64,000 nucleotides of DNA. Origin: Cycas panzhihuaensis (Eukaryota > Plantae > Cycadophyta). This document shows, in pieces, positions 39,990 through 55,231 of the stretch. Position 1 is the stretch's first letter; each line of letters begins with the position of its first letter. The position numbers were made by a program, and so were the translations under genes. The stretch covers positions 227,733,741 to 227,797,740 of the forward strand of contig CM041465.1 in the NCBI GenBank assembly GCA_023213395.1, read 5' to 3'. Under the pieces are notes generated by a model. That model searched no databases and had not been told where the DNA came from. It worked only from the letters and a program-made list of their open reading frames with translations.

Positions 39990-42101
39990 TGTTAGAGTAA
40001 TAATATTTTATCTTTTATATTTATGTTTTCTAAAGTTAGCTTGAGGGTTATGTGTCCAATTCATCTTCAATGTAATGTTGACACTTAGCCTACATAAATA
40101 GGCTCTTATATGTATGCATGATGTATTTATATGAAAGTATTTCTCTCTCATTAATGAATTTATGTATTCTCTTCTAATTATTCTAACATGGTATCAGAGT
40201 AGGTCTGTTAGAAACCTGAGAAAGGCCAAATTAAAAGTATTAGAGAATTTCTTTTTAAAGAACTTAATCTGAGAAAAGCTAAATTAAAAGATGTTAAAGT
40301 ATTTTGAATGTCTTGAAAATTTTCAAGAGAAAAAGGATATTTTTTGACTTTAGTCATTGTAAAACATAACTATATAGAAGTGTACAAATACAAAAATTTC
40401 AAGTGCCTATAATTTAATGAAATTTAGTATGTAGATTCATCTCACAAAGGAAAGTAATCTATTCCAAAGGTTCAACTTCAAATTTTGTCTCGATAAGTAG
40501 AAAAATTAGATTTTATAGGGGTGCAAATTTGAAGCTTTGATCACAAATTTCTCTTATTTTACTTTGATTTTTTGAGTAAAATTTATCCTAAAATTCTTGT
40601 CTAAACAAATATCTTTTATTTACATATAAGTTTGATAAATTTCATTGAATATTTATGAAGTTATAAGCATTCTTCACTTCAAAATTGTATTTGGTTGTAT
40701 AATGTTTGAGCCAATTTTTGAGTAATCTATAAGGTAGATTATATATATATATATATATAAAGATTTGGAAAGAGCTTAACACAAGTTTTAATTTAGGTGC
40801 ATTATTTTCTTAATCTACAGGTGTACTTTTTAATATATTTTTATATAGTTATATGACCATATGGTCAACTACCCCTTTTTTTTTTAATTACTTTATTTTA
40901 GTATATACTTTTCTTTTTTGTTTTTCTTAATGGCTTCAATTTTTTCCTTTGGAGACTTAGACAATCTCACTAGATAGAATTATAGCATATGAAAGTTAAA
41001 AATGTAGGGACTTTCAATGCCTAAAAATATATGGGATATTATCACTAGAAAAGAACACAAACCTACTAATTTAGTAGATATAATTAGATGGGAAGAGAGG
41101 GATAAGATTGCACATGTTACAATCATATTATCTATTAGAGATTCTTTGTTGAATCATATTAGTACTGCTACTACTTCCCTAGATGCTTAGAGAATTTTAG
41201 CCTCTCTCTATAATCAGGAGAATAAAACTCAAATAATATCTCTTAAAGAATAATTGTATAAAATTCATCTAAAATAAAGAGAAGCTATCTTAAGTTTTGT
41301 CACTAAGATTATTAAAATTTAAAATAATTTAACTTTTATAAGAGAAATAGTATATGATTCTAAACTCTTCCAACTCACAATTAATAAGCTACTAAAATCA
41401 TATGATATTATGGTAAATACACTTACCATTCAAGGACATATAAATAATATTTCTTTTAAAACATTGGCAGGGCATATGTTGTAACAAGAGTAAAGAATCA
41501 AAAGATATAAAGAAGAGAATAAAATAGAAGAAGCCTTTCTTTCAAAGGTAAGTTAGGGAAGTAAAGGTAACTCTAGAAGTATAGTAAGAGGAAGAAGTAG
41601 ACCTACTAAAGGATGGAAAAGAGCTATAATAGAAAATCATAAGAGGTCTACATGGTCTCTAGAAGGATGGGGTAGAGCCTCATGGATGTCAGAAGGAAGA
41701 GGTAGATCCTCCTCTCAAGAATCTAGAGTCAACTTTCATTGTGAAAGGTATGGACACTTTACTAGTAATTGTAAAGCCTATAATTTGCCAAACTATTATT
41801 ATTAGGGGAGATCAAGATATTCTTCTAATAGTTGTCCTAAAAAAGAAGCTAAAATTTAGAGAGGAAAGATAATAGAAGGGAATTACAATAATGAATAGTT
41901 TAAAGAAGAAGTTAAAGAGACTGCTTTTATCATAGCCTTAGCCATGAATACTTGCAATAATGAAAATTAGTACATAGGCTTTAGAGCAACGAATTACATG
42001 ATAGGAAAAAAAAAAGACTAGTTTAGGACGTTAAGACCATATTTTCTCAATAAAACTATTAAACTTGGTAATAACTTTTCTTTATAAATTAAAGGCAAAG
42101 G
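39990..42101 (+). mobile_element. 5' part of a copia element (199-bp LTR, gag, start of PR), interrupted at 42102
   Basis: LTR at 39990-40188 (TGTTAG...CTAACA), PBS TGGTATCAGAG at 40189. gag from 40930 (MASIFSFGDLDNL..NYS), knuckle CERYGHFTSNC, PR region IKLGNNFSL*IKGKG cut off. Confidence 0.85.
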
Positions 42102-45100
42102 TGTTAGATTAATGTTTATATATGGACAAAGTGGGATAGGTGAGTCATAGGAGCTACTAAAGTCGTAAAAAGACTTGTGACAAGTGTTAGGGAAATTATA
42201 GATTATTTTATGGACAACATATATATATTAAGGATGTAGCTTATGTATTGTAAATAATTTTAGGAGATCATTCTCAATGAATAAAAATCAACTTAGAGGT
42301 AGACCAATTCTACATATCCATGTGTCTTATGATGTGTGTGGTTAGTACCATTGCTTAAGCCTTAAATCACATTTGGTATCAGAGTAGGTTAAGTTACATG
42401 TTACAGATCAATTTTGTAACCAATGATGTTTGAAACTTTGTAAACTTATTTATTAAAATTTTGCTAGTTTTTATTAGTTTTATTATAGGATAGAAATAAT
42501 ATTCAAATTCCTTCTATATTGATGAAATAAGGTCTACATTAAGTTTGCATTTCAAGGGGATTGCTAGCTACAAATAGCGGATTATTAAATTTAAATGAAA
42601 TATGTATGGATTTTAGCCATGCAATAACTAGTTTTTTTCTAGATCCTTATAGGTTATTATGTCATGTTCGATTAGTCCCTTAGAGGATAATTTTGTTGTT
42701 ACTACTACCCTTAGTAAACTCTATTTTGCACTAATGGTTTAATAAGTCCATTAAGTGAAGGAATAATTTAATGTTACCTTGAAATCACAAGAAAATTTAA
42801 TACATTCTCAAGGCCTATATAATTGCTAGGTAGGAGCACTATGTACAATGGCAAATAATGGGATTTTCTCTTTTCTAGTGATTCTATGGTTGGTCTTCAT
42901 AGTATTGACATCTACTAGCAAATTTTCTATGGTTAAATTCACTTATATCTAAGAGGTTTATATGATGATGATAGAGCTTTTAATCTATATAGGTCATGGA
43001 TGGCCAAGCATAACTAAGTGTATAACATTTTAGAAGATAAGCAATAAAGATTCAATATTTTCAAGGACGATGTCATATACATAGATGAAAATAACAATAG
43101 AAAATTGAGTTATTAGTTTGGTCTCAATGAATTTATTGATATGATCCATGATGAATTCAAATCAAAATACCTTGGAACCAAACCCAATATGATAAATAGG
43201 CTTTGTGGTCATGGTAAGTCATTTAGATTGGTATCATTAGGTCAAGTTGTTAGGAATTCATAAATTATTTAGATCTATAAATTAGAGGCAGATATTTTTG
43301 ATCTAACAATGAGGGGTAATAGGTCTCAAAAGCTTTGTTAGATATAACTCTAGAAAAGCATCATGAATTTGGTGATATTACATGGTACCCTTACTAGTAA
43401 AGTGCAAACACTTGATTGCAAGTTGACGATAATGCTTAATAATTAAACAAAGTCAAGTTGAGATGAAGATAAATGGAGGTTAAAATGAAGAACATGCCAT
43501 TGTTCGAAGTAAATATCCATAGGAGAAAATTGATCAACATCCATATGAATTGATTTGACACAGAGGAGGATATTTGATTATTACAATGTCAAATACAAAT
43601 AAAATCCATTAGTGCATACTTAGAATAAAAAATATTTTTGGCATTTGTAATGTTTAATGTATTAAGTTATTTTAAATTTTGAGTTGAGTTATGTAAGCCC
43701 TTTTTTGTAGTAGGCCAAGGTCATATAGAATATAAAGGAGCTATTATTTTCTAAGTCATAAAAGAGTCTATTAACAAAACAAAAAATGCTTATTTATTGT
43801 AATTTTTATGTTCTTCATATTAAACTTGGCCATATGGTTAGATTCTAGCTCCCTACATGGTGTCCAATAATTTAGTGTGATTTGTAGGTACTCTGTGAAG
43901 TGACCAAAGATCTATAGTTAATTTTTATTAATAATAATGAGTGTATACTATTATAGGGCTATTTAACACCTACTACTCTTGTGTGTTTTTTAGTTATTTT
44001 ATTGTATTTTGTATTAAATATGGATGAAAGATGCTTATTTTTTGGTTCTAATGAATTGCCTCAAACTTCCTACCTCTCACATGTTGGTCAGTAACATGTA
44101 AAAAGACCTAGTGATGTGTGGTACATCAAGTGAGGTTCCTCTAAATATATGATAGGTTAACTAGAATGGTTCAAATACATGTAGAAAGCTATTGGCCATA
44201 TAGTTATCTTAGGCAATAAAAATATACTCATTGTCAAAGGCATATGAGAAGTGCTAGTAATTACTCTTGATTGTAATGATTACTATATGGAGAATGTATT
44301 ATATGTGCCTAGTTAAAAAATAAATATAATTTTTATTAGTTAAATAGAGGACAATAGTATGAGTGTTCTCTTTAAAGATGAAAAAGCTATAATTAATTAT
44401 TAAGAAGGAAACACAATCACAAAAGGTATAAGGGATGACCATCTTTATAGGCTCTTAGGTAAGTCTACAAATCAAAGAGCTTATTTAACTATTGATATAT
44501 CTAATAAGAGTCAACTATGGTATGAAAGTTAGGACATCTTCACTTTCCTAACCTTTAATTGATGAATAAACTAAATATGGTGCATGGTTTCCCAAAGTTC
44601 AAAGTAGAAAAGGGTACTTGTGAACCTTTTATATCTAGAAAGTAGCATAGGGAAATATTTCCTAATGGAAAGGATTAGAGAGCAACTAAATTACCTTTAT
44701 TAAAAAAAAATCTTAAATGGTATTTAAAAACCATGGCTAAAGCTTAGTTACCCAAAATAGAAACCAAACAAAAGTTAAAGCTGAGACTAGGTATAATGAA
44801 TTTTACCTTGATGGCCAATGTAGTAGATGTTAATGAACCTTCAAGTTTTGAAGAGGCCAGTTAATAATAGAAGTTAAAGACAACTATCAATGCTCAAAGT
44901 TGTGTCGTTAAGTAGAAACAAACTTAGGATTTTATTGATTTACCAGTAGGTAAGTAGGCAATTAGTTGTAAATGGGTCTACAAGACCAAATTCAAATTAG
45001 ATGGCACAATTGATAAATATAAGTCTAGATTGGTAGCTAAAGGATTTAAGAAGATAAAAGGCATTGATTGTTAAGTGACATTTAATTTACTAGTAAAGAT

Positions 45101-45276
45101 TGTAATAATTAGACTAATATTAGTAATAACTACTCAAGTCTAATGGTAGTTATACTAACTTGATGTTAAGAGTTCCTTCCATAATGAAAATCTTATGGAA
45201 GAGGTTTATTTGGAGCAGCCACCTAGATATGTTTCAATAACACTTAGTATATCACTTGAACAAATCCTTAAATATT
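42102..45276 (+). mobile_element. 5' part of a second, nested copia element (deleted), interrupted in RT by the Tat element
   Basis: LTR at 42102-42371 (TGTTAG...TCACA), PBS TTTGGTATCAGAG. Has its own PR (VWYIK*GSSKYMIG), NVLYVPS and RT (ISCKWVYKTK...EEVYLEQPP). The 3' LTR is not in the window. Confidence 0.8.
42848..43227 (+). pseudogene. Captured papain-like cysteine protease (C1A, XCP/RD21-like) 5' fragment: signal peptide plus I29 prodomain
   Basis: MANNGIFSFLVILWLVFIVLTSTSKFSMV, one frameshift, then DDDRAFNLYRSWMAKHN*VYNILEDKQ*RFNIFKDDVIYIDENNNRKLSY*FGLNEFIDMIHDEFKSKYLGTKP (ERFNIN and GxNxFxD motifs). Confidence 0.9.
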
Positions 45277-47753
45277 TGTTTTCTAGCTTCTGGGAATGGA
45301 ATGGGCACTTTGATACATAGGTAAGCATATGTATGCTTTGCTCTCTTTTTACTTCATTGATTTGATATATCATGATTTTAGATAGTTGGAGTGTGTCTTT
45401 GCTTGCTTATTTGTTTGATTACTCATGTGTATTTATAGCTAATGATGAGTATGACTTTGGTTTATGGCTATTAGTCCACCCATTAGTCTCTTCAAGGAAG
45501 AATAAATGCCATTTTTCCCTTTTTAATATTCCCTTCTCCTTATTTGATCCATCAAATCCACCTTTTCCATCATTTACTACCTAGTTTTGACTGCATCTAC
45601 ATTTAGGCCCCTTTGTTGATGAGTTTTTGGCTTGATTACATGTGTTTTTTTATTAGAAAACCTCATATATTCCCAAATCTCTATTAATGTTTCTTTCAAC
45701 AATGGTAGCATAAAGTATTTTATGGTACCATGAACAACTTCATGGTACAACAAATATATCCATGATACAACTATCACATATCTAGATTTGGGTCTATCAG
45801 TGATAGTCGACTAATTAATATAAGATTATCAACCCTAGTTAGTTTGCATTGGCCCGAAGTCAACACCCATTAGGTTTGGATGGCCTAAGAGGCCAAATCT
45901 AACCAAAATCTTTACATTCCCATATGGTTTTGCTTTAATTCATGAGTAAGATTCATTGATTTGGTTTGATGGTTCTTCCCATATTATGGGCTAAAAACCA
46001 CTCACCCTACACCTTGCATTCATCTATAAAAACCCCCTATTTTTCCATTAGAAAAGGAGAGATTAAGAGAGGACATACACCGCATTGTTATGTTGCCAAA
46101 ATTCCATTAGAATTTGGAAATCTTGACCAATATTTTACCACATTGTTGATTGCATCTTAAATATATTATGCCACTCAATTTTGAAGACTCATGGAGAGGA
46201 ATACTTGTATCCATTGGCCACATCCATCCACTTGGGATAGGTAATCTTTTCTCCCTTGCATTGGTATTTTGTTTCTTAGACATTTTCCCCTTCTTTTTAC
46301 ATGACATGCTTCTTGTGAATTGGTAGGTTATTTTTCCTTTTGATACTATACATCTTTGGACAATAATTTATTCCTTTTATTCCCTTTATTAATTTATATA
46401 TTATAGGTTCCATTGTTATAAAAGGAAAGGTGGTACCAAAGTACTCTTAGGGAGCCCACTAATATTTGGAGGGCAAGATCTATTTTGGGGCTCCCATTTC
46501 CCTCTATTACTTGTTGCATTTGGTATCTTTTAGATTACTTTCAAGTTTACTTTATATATTTGAGATATTATGCATATGCGGTTGTCTTTTGGTAGAGCAT
46601 TTTTTTAGATGGTATTATGATTATTGTAGGAGGAAGAGGAGGTCAAGAACCCCTTTTATTGTTAATCAAATAACTTGGGACATCTCACTACAAGCTCTTC
46701 TAGTAGTAACTCTTCAAGAGATAAGGCTAATTAATTTTAGTTAGTCTTCATTTTCTAATTTTAGAGTTCTTTACACTTTTTTTTTTCATCATAAGCATAT
46801 TTAATAAGTAGAAATGTTATTGAATTTACCTTAGAATTGCATCATAGTCCCATCCTATTGCAATTACTTCTTAGTACCCTCTTTGTAAGTTGAAGGGAGG
46901 CCCTAATCAACGAACAAGTTTTGCATTCACTAGGTACACCTTTCATTAGTTTTAGTTTGTTATTTTTGCTTTTAGCCAAAAGCAAAGAAAGAAGAAAAAG
47001 AAAAATAGGAGATTTTTTTTTTTTCTTAAAAAAATAAAAAGAAAAGATTAAAAGGCAACTTTCTTTGGATCATTCCCCCTCTTTTCCTCTACTTTTTGTT
47101 CCAAAAGAAAAAGAAGAAAGAAAAAATAAATTTGCATTTTCTTATATTTCCTTTTTTTAAAAAAAATAAAGAAAGAGAAAACCCTTCATTTACATCCCTC
47201 CTCTCTCCTTAATTAAATAGAGAACAGTTTCCAAAAAAGAAAAAGAGAAAAAAACCAAAAAATATTTACATCCTTATTCCTACTCCATCATATGACATTG
47301 CATTGCATTAGAAGTAGACATATAGGTCTTTTGTTTATGAATTAGTCATAGAGCCAAAGCATGAGAAGGGAATCATACATTAGGAAGTACCAAATCTATG
47401 AGGAAAACATTACAACCATAGTTAGAGTTTGTGTGTTATTTTCATCAAAAAGAAAAAAAAATCATATAGTCACATGTAAGTGTGTGTTACATTCCCTTAG
47501 TTCCCATAGGTTCCCCAAACCCAAAATTATAGGTTGATTTATATGAACATGTATACACCAAGCTAGTCCTTAGTTTAACTTCCCTTTTGTAGGCTACCAT
47601 GTATAATTCCCTTATATTTGTGCTTAAAAAGTGCATAAATGCCCAAGTTGGTGACGTATTTTTCTCCCACCTTCATTAGGTTTCCATACCCTAGGCCCTT
47701 CGCATAGGTAAAAGAGGTAGTAATCCATCATACCAACCTTTTAGAGTATTTCA
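45277..47753 (+). repeat. 5' LTR of the old Tat element
   Basis: TGTTTT...TTTCA; colinear with 61770-64000 with many transitions. Confidence 0.92.
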
Positions 47754-47953
47754 TTGGTGACCATATTAGGGACTCACCAGTACATAAAACCTTTAGTACA
47801 TCTAGGCATTCCTATTTTTTTGCTTATTTTTGGTTTAGTTAAGGTGTTCGTTTAACATTACATAAGGATATTAATTCCCATATTATCCATCCAAGTATGC
47901 TAATTAATCTTTGAATATGATGTTTTTCTCATCACCTATGAGGTCTTCCCCCA

Positions 47954-50900
47954 TTGGATTATGATCCTATGTATGCTTTTATTTCGTCGAGTGACCAAGA
48001 GCCATCAATGGTAGGCCACCCTACCAACTGGGCATATGATCCATATGCCAAGGATTGGCCTCCATTGGAGGTGTCATGCCCTTATGAAGATCTTGCCTAT
48101 GTAGGTAATGACTCATCATACTATTCACAAGACCTAACTAAGTTCTATCAAGGCTTGACAGGCCCCCATACCTATGTCATTAGGGGACCCCCAACTCACG
48201 ACCTTATTTAGAATCCAAAACAAGTCCCATTTTCTTTTCCCACTCATTTAGGTTAGCAAGGAGGGCTTTCCCCACCTTCTAACCAAACCCATGCCCCTCT
48301 ATAGGATATGACATAAGCTTTAAGGGCCTACTTCAAAGTAGCAATAAGAGAAATCACCCTAGGATGGGCCCATTGACTGCTCTTTAGCATAACATCATCT
48401 TCTGCCCCAATTCCTCTCTCCACTTCAACCTAAACAACCACACCCACTCTTTAAGAGGTAGCTCTAACATCTTATCCTACAAGCATTCCACTAAGTAGAG
48501 GAGTTATGCAAGCCTAAGCTCACTCCCAAGCTATGTTGAGCATACCTCCTTTGCAAATATCTATTCCCTAACCAAGCATGGTCTTGGTTCCTCCTATCAT
48601 TCCAACTATTCCTCCTCATCCCTAATATATAGGGCATGGAGGAGGATTCCCCATTTTCCCCTATCCATGTCATGTGGACCCTTTTCTCTACGTTACACCA
48701 TGTTACACATCTTAATGGTGGGGACATGGGAGTTCTCACCCCCTACTAACCTGTGGGGTGGATCCCCTCCATCCTTATGGGATTTCACCCTATATTGGGT
48801 GATCTTTTAAGTTAAATCTCCTTTTGCATTCTATATCCCATGTGACATAACCAACTCATCCTCCTTCTCCCAATACAGAGTACTCAGACACCTCATGTGC
48901 CACATTTTTCCACCTCCATTCCATAGGGGCAATGATGTATCCTGCCCCCTCTTACCCTGCTCAAATGTAAGGTGGGTTGAGGAACCCTTGTCCACCTCCA
49001 TACCTTACTTACCCATACTAGGGTATAATTCCTCCCCATCAATCTAGAGGGACCCCTTATCCTACACCTTCATATGCCCCTCACCAATAAGGGAATACTT
49101 CCTCTCCTATACATCCACCTTATTCATCCCATGCTAAAACTGGATACTATCCTCCACCCTCATATCCTCCCTTTAACCATATAACCCAACCAAGGGCATG
49201 TCCTTTTGTAGACTATAGGTCAAGCCCCCTTTCCATGAAGGTCTTAAGGACTAACTTGTCTCCTTAATCTACCAAAAGTGATTAAATTCAATGGAACTCC
49301 ATCATAAGACCCCATTAATCATGTTAGGACATTTTCCATGGCATGTATCGATTATAAGTCCTATGACCACATATTGATGAAGCTCTTTCCTAGGTCATTC
49401 TAGTGGACACTCTCAAGTGATTTCATCATCTCCTAGACCATTCAATTAACTACTTCCAATAATTAATTGACTCATTTGTCAACTATTTCAATGTTGTGAG
49501 GCCATTGAAGAGTGGGGTTAATGAAGAGAAAATGCAATCATAGAAGCAATGTATTAATAGAAGTTTAAACAATACAAAGAATAAATAATATAAATAAACC
49601 AAGCACATAATAAAGAACACTAGGAGATTCAGGTCTAAGCATAGATCTTTTATTAATATGAGCAATAGCTAAAGAATTACAAAGATGAAAACCCCAACTC
49701 TTTTTATTGACTTATCAAAGACTCATCCAACATTTTGCATGTGCCATTACATAAGATTATATAGACATAACTTTACAAGATACTACCTTATAGTTTTACA
49801 ATATAATGGGCATAAACCATGGGCTGAAAAAGACCCCTATAAGATACTAAAAAAGTTTTCTCAGGGGCTCCCACCCCTAAACCCCCACAAAGAGATCCAA
49901 GTTAGTCTCAAGAAGATCAATAGGAACATGCCACATCATGAGGCATCGCCTCCTCTACATGAACAAAGGGGGCTATAATCCTCATCCAAATCTTCTGTTG
50001 CCATGTTCAATAAGACCATGGACTCCTCCACTTCTATCAATCATTTTTTTGATTGGGCGTTAAAAGACTTAAAGCTTAAGCTGTTGTAAAACCAAAATGA
50101 ACCACAACCCCAAGCACAAAGTTATAGGTTAGTTTACCAATCTACCTAAACTATACTATCAACTAAAGATGGCCCTAAGCCTTCATAAGATAAAAGTCTA
50201 AGACCCCATCCTAAAAAGAAATGGTGCTCCATTCATGGTCAATGCACCTATGATGACTCTCGGTCTTAGACTCAATGCCCCAAACTTGCCCCACCAAGGG
50301 ATCCCCCATCCCAAACCACATCAAAACCAAACCTCAACTAAGAAATCCATTAGGATCCCTTCCTCAATCATGATGCCTCTAACTAATCACTATGACCCCA
50401 AAATCAATGAGGTAGGGGCTACCCTCAATCTTAATGTAAGGGCACCCGTCCTCCCTCTTTATCAGATCAACTAAAGGATAAAGCCTCAGTTGATTTATCA
50501 TCTCCCTCGAGCATTATGACTCAAACTATATCATCGTATCCTAATTCTAAGGGAGGGTTATCTATATACTTAAAACCACCCAAGTGTGTCATATGACCCA
50601 TTTGAAAGTGACGAATGAGGCTAATGAGTCCTCTACTTTATAACAATAACCTCCTATGGAGATTTCTCCTACTAGGATCCCAATCATACTAAAGAATATA
50701 CCTATTTAATTGAGATGTTATGATTTTAGGAGGGCCCTTATTCAACCTATGGGTAAGAGGAAGACCTTCTCAATTATTGAGGAGCTTCACTCTGTATCCA
50801 TCAAAATGTCCATGATGGATGTCTTACAAAGTTTCCCTAATCAATGAGCCTTTCTCTTAGAGACTCTTGGTCAAAAGAAGGCACTTATTCATATGGTGGG

Positions 50901-53900
50901 TACCACATCATATGGCCCACCCCTTATTTCCTTTGATCTATATGATCTACCTTCTACTAGTGAGAGACAACTCCAGTGGAATTACTCTTTCATCATCATA
51001 ATGAAAACATTTAAATTTTCCCTAAAGAGAACCATTATAGATAATGGTTCCTTGGTGAATATAATGCCCTTTAGATGCTTAAGAAATTAGACATCAAGTC
51101 TCTTGAGCATGCCCCTTGGAAATGCTAAGGGTACAATGGAAGTGAGAAAGCACCCCTAGGGTCAATGACCCTACCTCTTACCCTTAAATATAAGATCATC
51201 CACACTTACATGATTATCCGATATATTGATGTTGATTATAACCTCCCTTTAGGTTGACTTTGATTGGACCAAATAGGGGTAGTTTGCTCTTCGCTAGGGG
51301 GGCAACTCAAGTTTGTCCATGGGGAAAAAATTCAAGTTATAACATGAGATCCTCCTCCCTCTAAGATGTCCCATTCAACCTGCTAAGGTATTTTTGGCAC
51401 CATGTATGGAGATGTGGAACCCTTAGACTCATCCATGGTTACCTTCTTTAAGGAAAAAGCACCTTATGAAGGGGAAGATCTCCCTCTTCCCCAACCAAAT
51501 TTAGTATACTTTGCCTGAATTAGAATTAGAAGCTATGGTTACCTCAATGTCCTAAGTGACCTTGAGTCCAAATATGAGGAATATGAACCACCTCCATGCT
51601 AAGTGGTATTCCTTTCCACCACTCAAGGAGTGGTATCCAATGTGGATACCCCTCCCCTCTTTAGCCCAAACACATATAGTTTAGGCCCCTCCTAACCACA
51701 TTATGGTTTGAATGAAAGTGCTTGAGCACACTCTCCCCAACCATCTCTACATAGGTAGTTCCCTTTATTATGAGCCCAGATGGCCTGCCATTTATCTCAA
51801 TTGCCATATAACAGGCATTTAGATCAGCCTAATGCTGATCCACCAATAACCATACTTAATGAGTACATCTTTCCTCCCCCTATTTAAGAAACTTTCCAAT
51901 GGAGAATTACTTGGCATGCTACTAATGAGTCATATGCCTCTACATTTGGCCCTTTGTTGATTATACCCCTTCCACCTCAAACTATTAATATGCTTTGATG
52001 TGTTAGGAATAAATTGACTCTCATGGCTCCAACCAACTCACCGAATTAGGGCCCCCTTATATATGATTCCGATGAGGAACTCTAAGTCCATATTCTCTTA
52101 TGAAGAGTTGATCATACATGATCCTAAGCCATAAAGAACCTCCTCTCCTTCAATGAAGAATTGGCCTATTATGCAAGTCTACTTGAACTCTTTTGAAGAG
52201 TTTCCTCGTTACATAGAGTGGATAATGAACCACTATAAGTTCTTACTAGAATTATGTCTACCTCTACCTCACAAAATAAAACTATTCATGAGATAGATTA
52301 CTTTGAAAATGATGAGGCCCTTCTAGAGCACTTAGAAGGATCATCACCTAATCTACCTTCTAGTCACTATAGATTGGGTTTTTGGAAGTGCCTTGCCATT
52401 AGTTCCCCTTTAGCTAACTCTAGGACAACTAGTATTCCTCTTGATCTTCCAATAGACCAAGCCACTCCTCATTTTAAGAAATGTCTTATATGTTAGGGCA
52501 ATAAAGGACATTATCCTTTCTGTAGATAATGTCATCAACATTGGGACCAAATATTCCCCCCAAGAAGTTAGGAAGTATATAGAACTCTTCCAAGAGTTTT
52601 AAGATGTGTTTGTGTAGGATTATACTAACATGAAGGGGATTGACCCTAATATTATCTCCCACAATTTGAGAATGATTTTGGTTGCCAGGCCTATTAGGCA
52701 AAAACAAAGGCCTTTACATCCTAAGCTTTTAACTATTATAAAAATAGAGGTTAAAAAGTTACATAATGTTGGCATCATCACCTCTACAGATGACCCAAAA
52801 TGGGTTTCTAACATCATGTTAATGGCAAAAAAGAATGGGATAATATGTATCTATCTAAACTTTAGGGACATCAATAACACATACCCTAAAAATAACTTCT
52901 CTCTCTTATTCATTAACCAAATCATTGATAAAACCACCAGGTTTGAAGTCATATCCTTAATGGATGGCTTCTCAGAATATAATCATATTCAAATCTCACT
53001 TGAGGACCACCATAGGACAACCTTCACTAATCCTTAGAGGACAATGACATAAAGTAATGTCTTTAAAAATATTGGTACTATGTATCAATAGGCCATGCAT
53101 TTTATTTTCCACAACCTTATTAATAAAATTCTTGAGGTCTTCATAGACAATCTCATGGGCTTCTCACATAAGAGGGTCAATCACCTTGCTAACCTAAGGA
53201 AGATATTCTTCAGGTGCTAAGAATACCATGTTAGCCTCAACCCTCTTAATTATGTATTCACTACTATGGCTGGGAAACTATTGGGATTTTTGGTATCATA
53301 ACAAGGGATCTAAGTTGATCTTGATAAGGTAAAATCTATCATGGAGATATCCCCACCAAAATCCTAACAATAGTTTAAGTCATTTTTGGGTTTCTTAGGC
53401 TTCTTAAGGCACATCTTGACATATTTTTCTATATATGCAAAACTATTGACTAATCTTCTAAAAAAGGGGACCACTTTTTTTTTGTCCCTAGAGCCCAAGA
53501 AATCTTCTAAGAGCTCAAGCGGGCTCCTATTTCAGCCTATACTTTGGCCCCACCTATATTTGACGAACCCTTTATTCTCTATACGTCATCCATAGAAGAG
53601 TTTGTTGATGCCATGGTCACCCAAGAAGATAACTCAAAGGCTAAAATGGTTGTTTAATTTATAAGTTAGATACTTTTCATAGTTGAAGTGAATTACCATC
53701 AAGAAATTACATCATTACCTTCTTGACAACACAACCCACATAATTGTCCAATCATATCCACTATGTTGGCTCATGATGAGGTCTAATTTAAAAGGATAGG
53801 CAAATAGGTTGTCCTCCTCTAGGAATATGACCTCAAGGTTGTTAACTAGAAATCCAAAAAGGGAATGGTGGTAGCTGAGTAACTCACTCATGTCCCTCTC

Positions 53901-55231
53901 CCAAACTCCTCCAATACACTAGTTGATGATTCTTTACTTGATGAAGTAATCTTTTCCCTTGAACAAATTGAGGGATATAGGTTAATTAATGATAAAAATA
54001 TACTAACATCATCCACTATCTAACTCAATAAAAATGTTTAGTGGATCCCAACAAAAAGATGAAGTTGCATGTAAGAGCCTCAGCTTGCCAATATTTCCTC
54101 ATTGAGGATGTGTTATATGTAATTCGTTGATGTCCTTCTTAAATATATCAATCTTGATGAGATAAACTAATTCCTTTATGAATTCCATGACAACATTTGT
54201 AGAGGCCACTTTGGAGGCTAATCAGTGGCCTAAAGAATCCTTTGCATGGGATTCTATTAGCCCATCCTACTCAAGGATGCCCATGCATATACACAACAAT
54301 ACCAAAAGTGCCAAGAATACTCTAATGTGATTCATGAATCATTCAAGGCATTGCATGCTATAATATCATTATGGCCATTTTCTCAATGGCTTTAACCTCA
54401 TTAAGGTTATAACCTCCCTATCCTTGGCTTCATATAAATTTATTCTTACAACAATAGAATATTTTACAAAATGGGCTAAGGCGATCCCCCCCTCTTCTAT
54501 GATGGGCAAGATGATTTCCACCTTTATCTTTCAACACATCATTTGTAGTTCATAGTCCCTAACATTTTAATTAGAAATAATGGCACCTAGTTTTATAATA
54601 AATAAATATATGAGCTTTATGAGAAGTTTAAAATTTCTTATAAAATTTCATCCCCTTATTACCCTTAGGCAATGGCTATATTGAAGCCTTCAATAAGACC
54701 TTGATCTATATCTTGAAGAAGACCATTACTTAATCTCAAAGAGATTAGGATTTATAACTTTACTCAACCCTTTGTGCTTACTGAATATCCATTAGGATAG
54801 CCATGAGTATGACCTCTTTTTCCTGGGTCTATAGATTGGAAATGATCTTACCCCTTAAAGTTGAGATCCCATCCTAATAGGTATCTTTCAAAGAGTTTAT
54901 AGATGAATAATGGCAACATCAAGCCCATGTCCTAAACCTTGAAGCATTTGATGAAAAACTCCTTCCTACCTACCAAGCTAATTTAGCATCTAAAGTGAAG
55001 GTACAAAAATCACATGATAAGTACATTTGGCTATGACCCTTAGTCCTTGGGGACAAAGTCCTTAAACTTGAATATTTATATAATCAACTGTCAAATTTTG
55101 GTCCTAAATGGGTGGGACCATTTGTAGTCATTAAAAGGCCTAATAATGGGATGTATTAAATTGATACATTAGAGGGTCTTGAGTTCAAAAAGGTTATCAA
55201 TAGATAATTATTTAAGAGGTTCTATAATTGA
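47954..55231 (+). pseudogene. gypsy gag-pol, heavily decayed
   Basis: RTIIDNGSLVNIM (PR), MKGIDPNIISHNL...WVSNI...SLMDGFSEYNHI (RT), RH at ~53550-53900, HDNICRGHFGG (INT zinc finger), PKWVGPF. Ends FKRFYN* at 55231. Confidence 0.93.

Noticed and set aside
40213-40295. ~55-bp imperfect duplication after the PBS
   Set aside because: A common feature of retroelement leaders; nothing distinctive.
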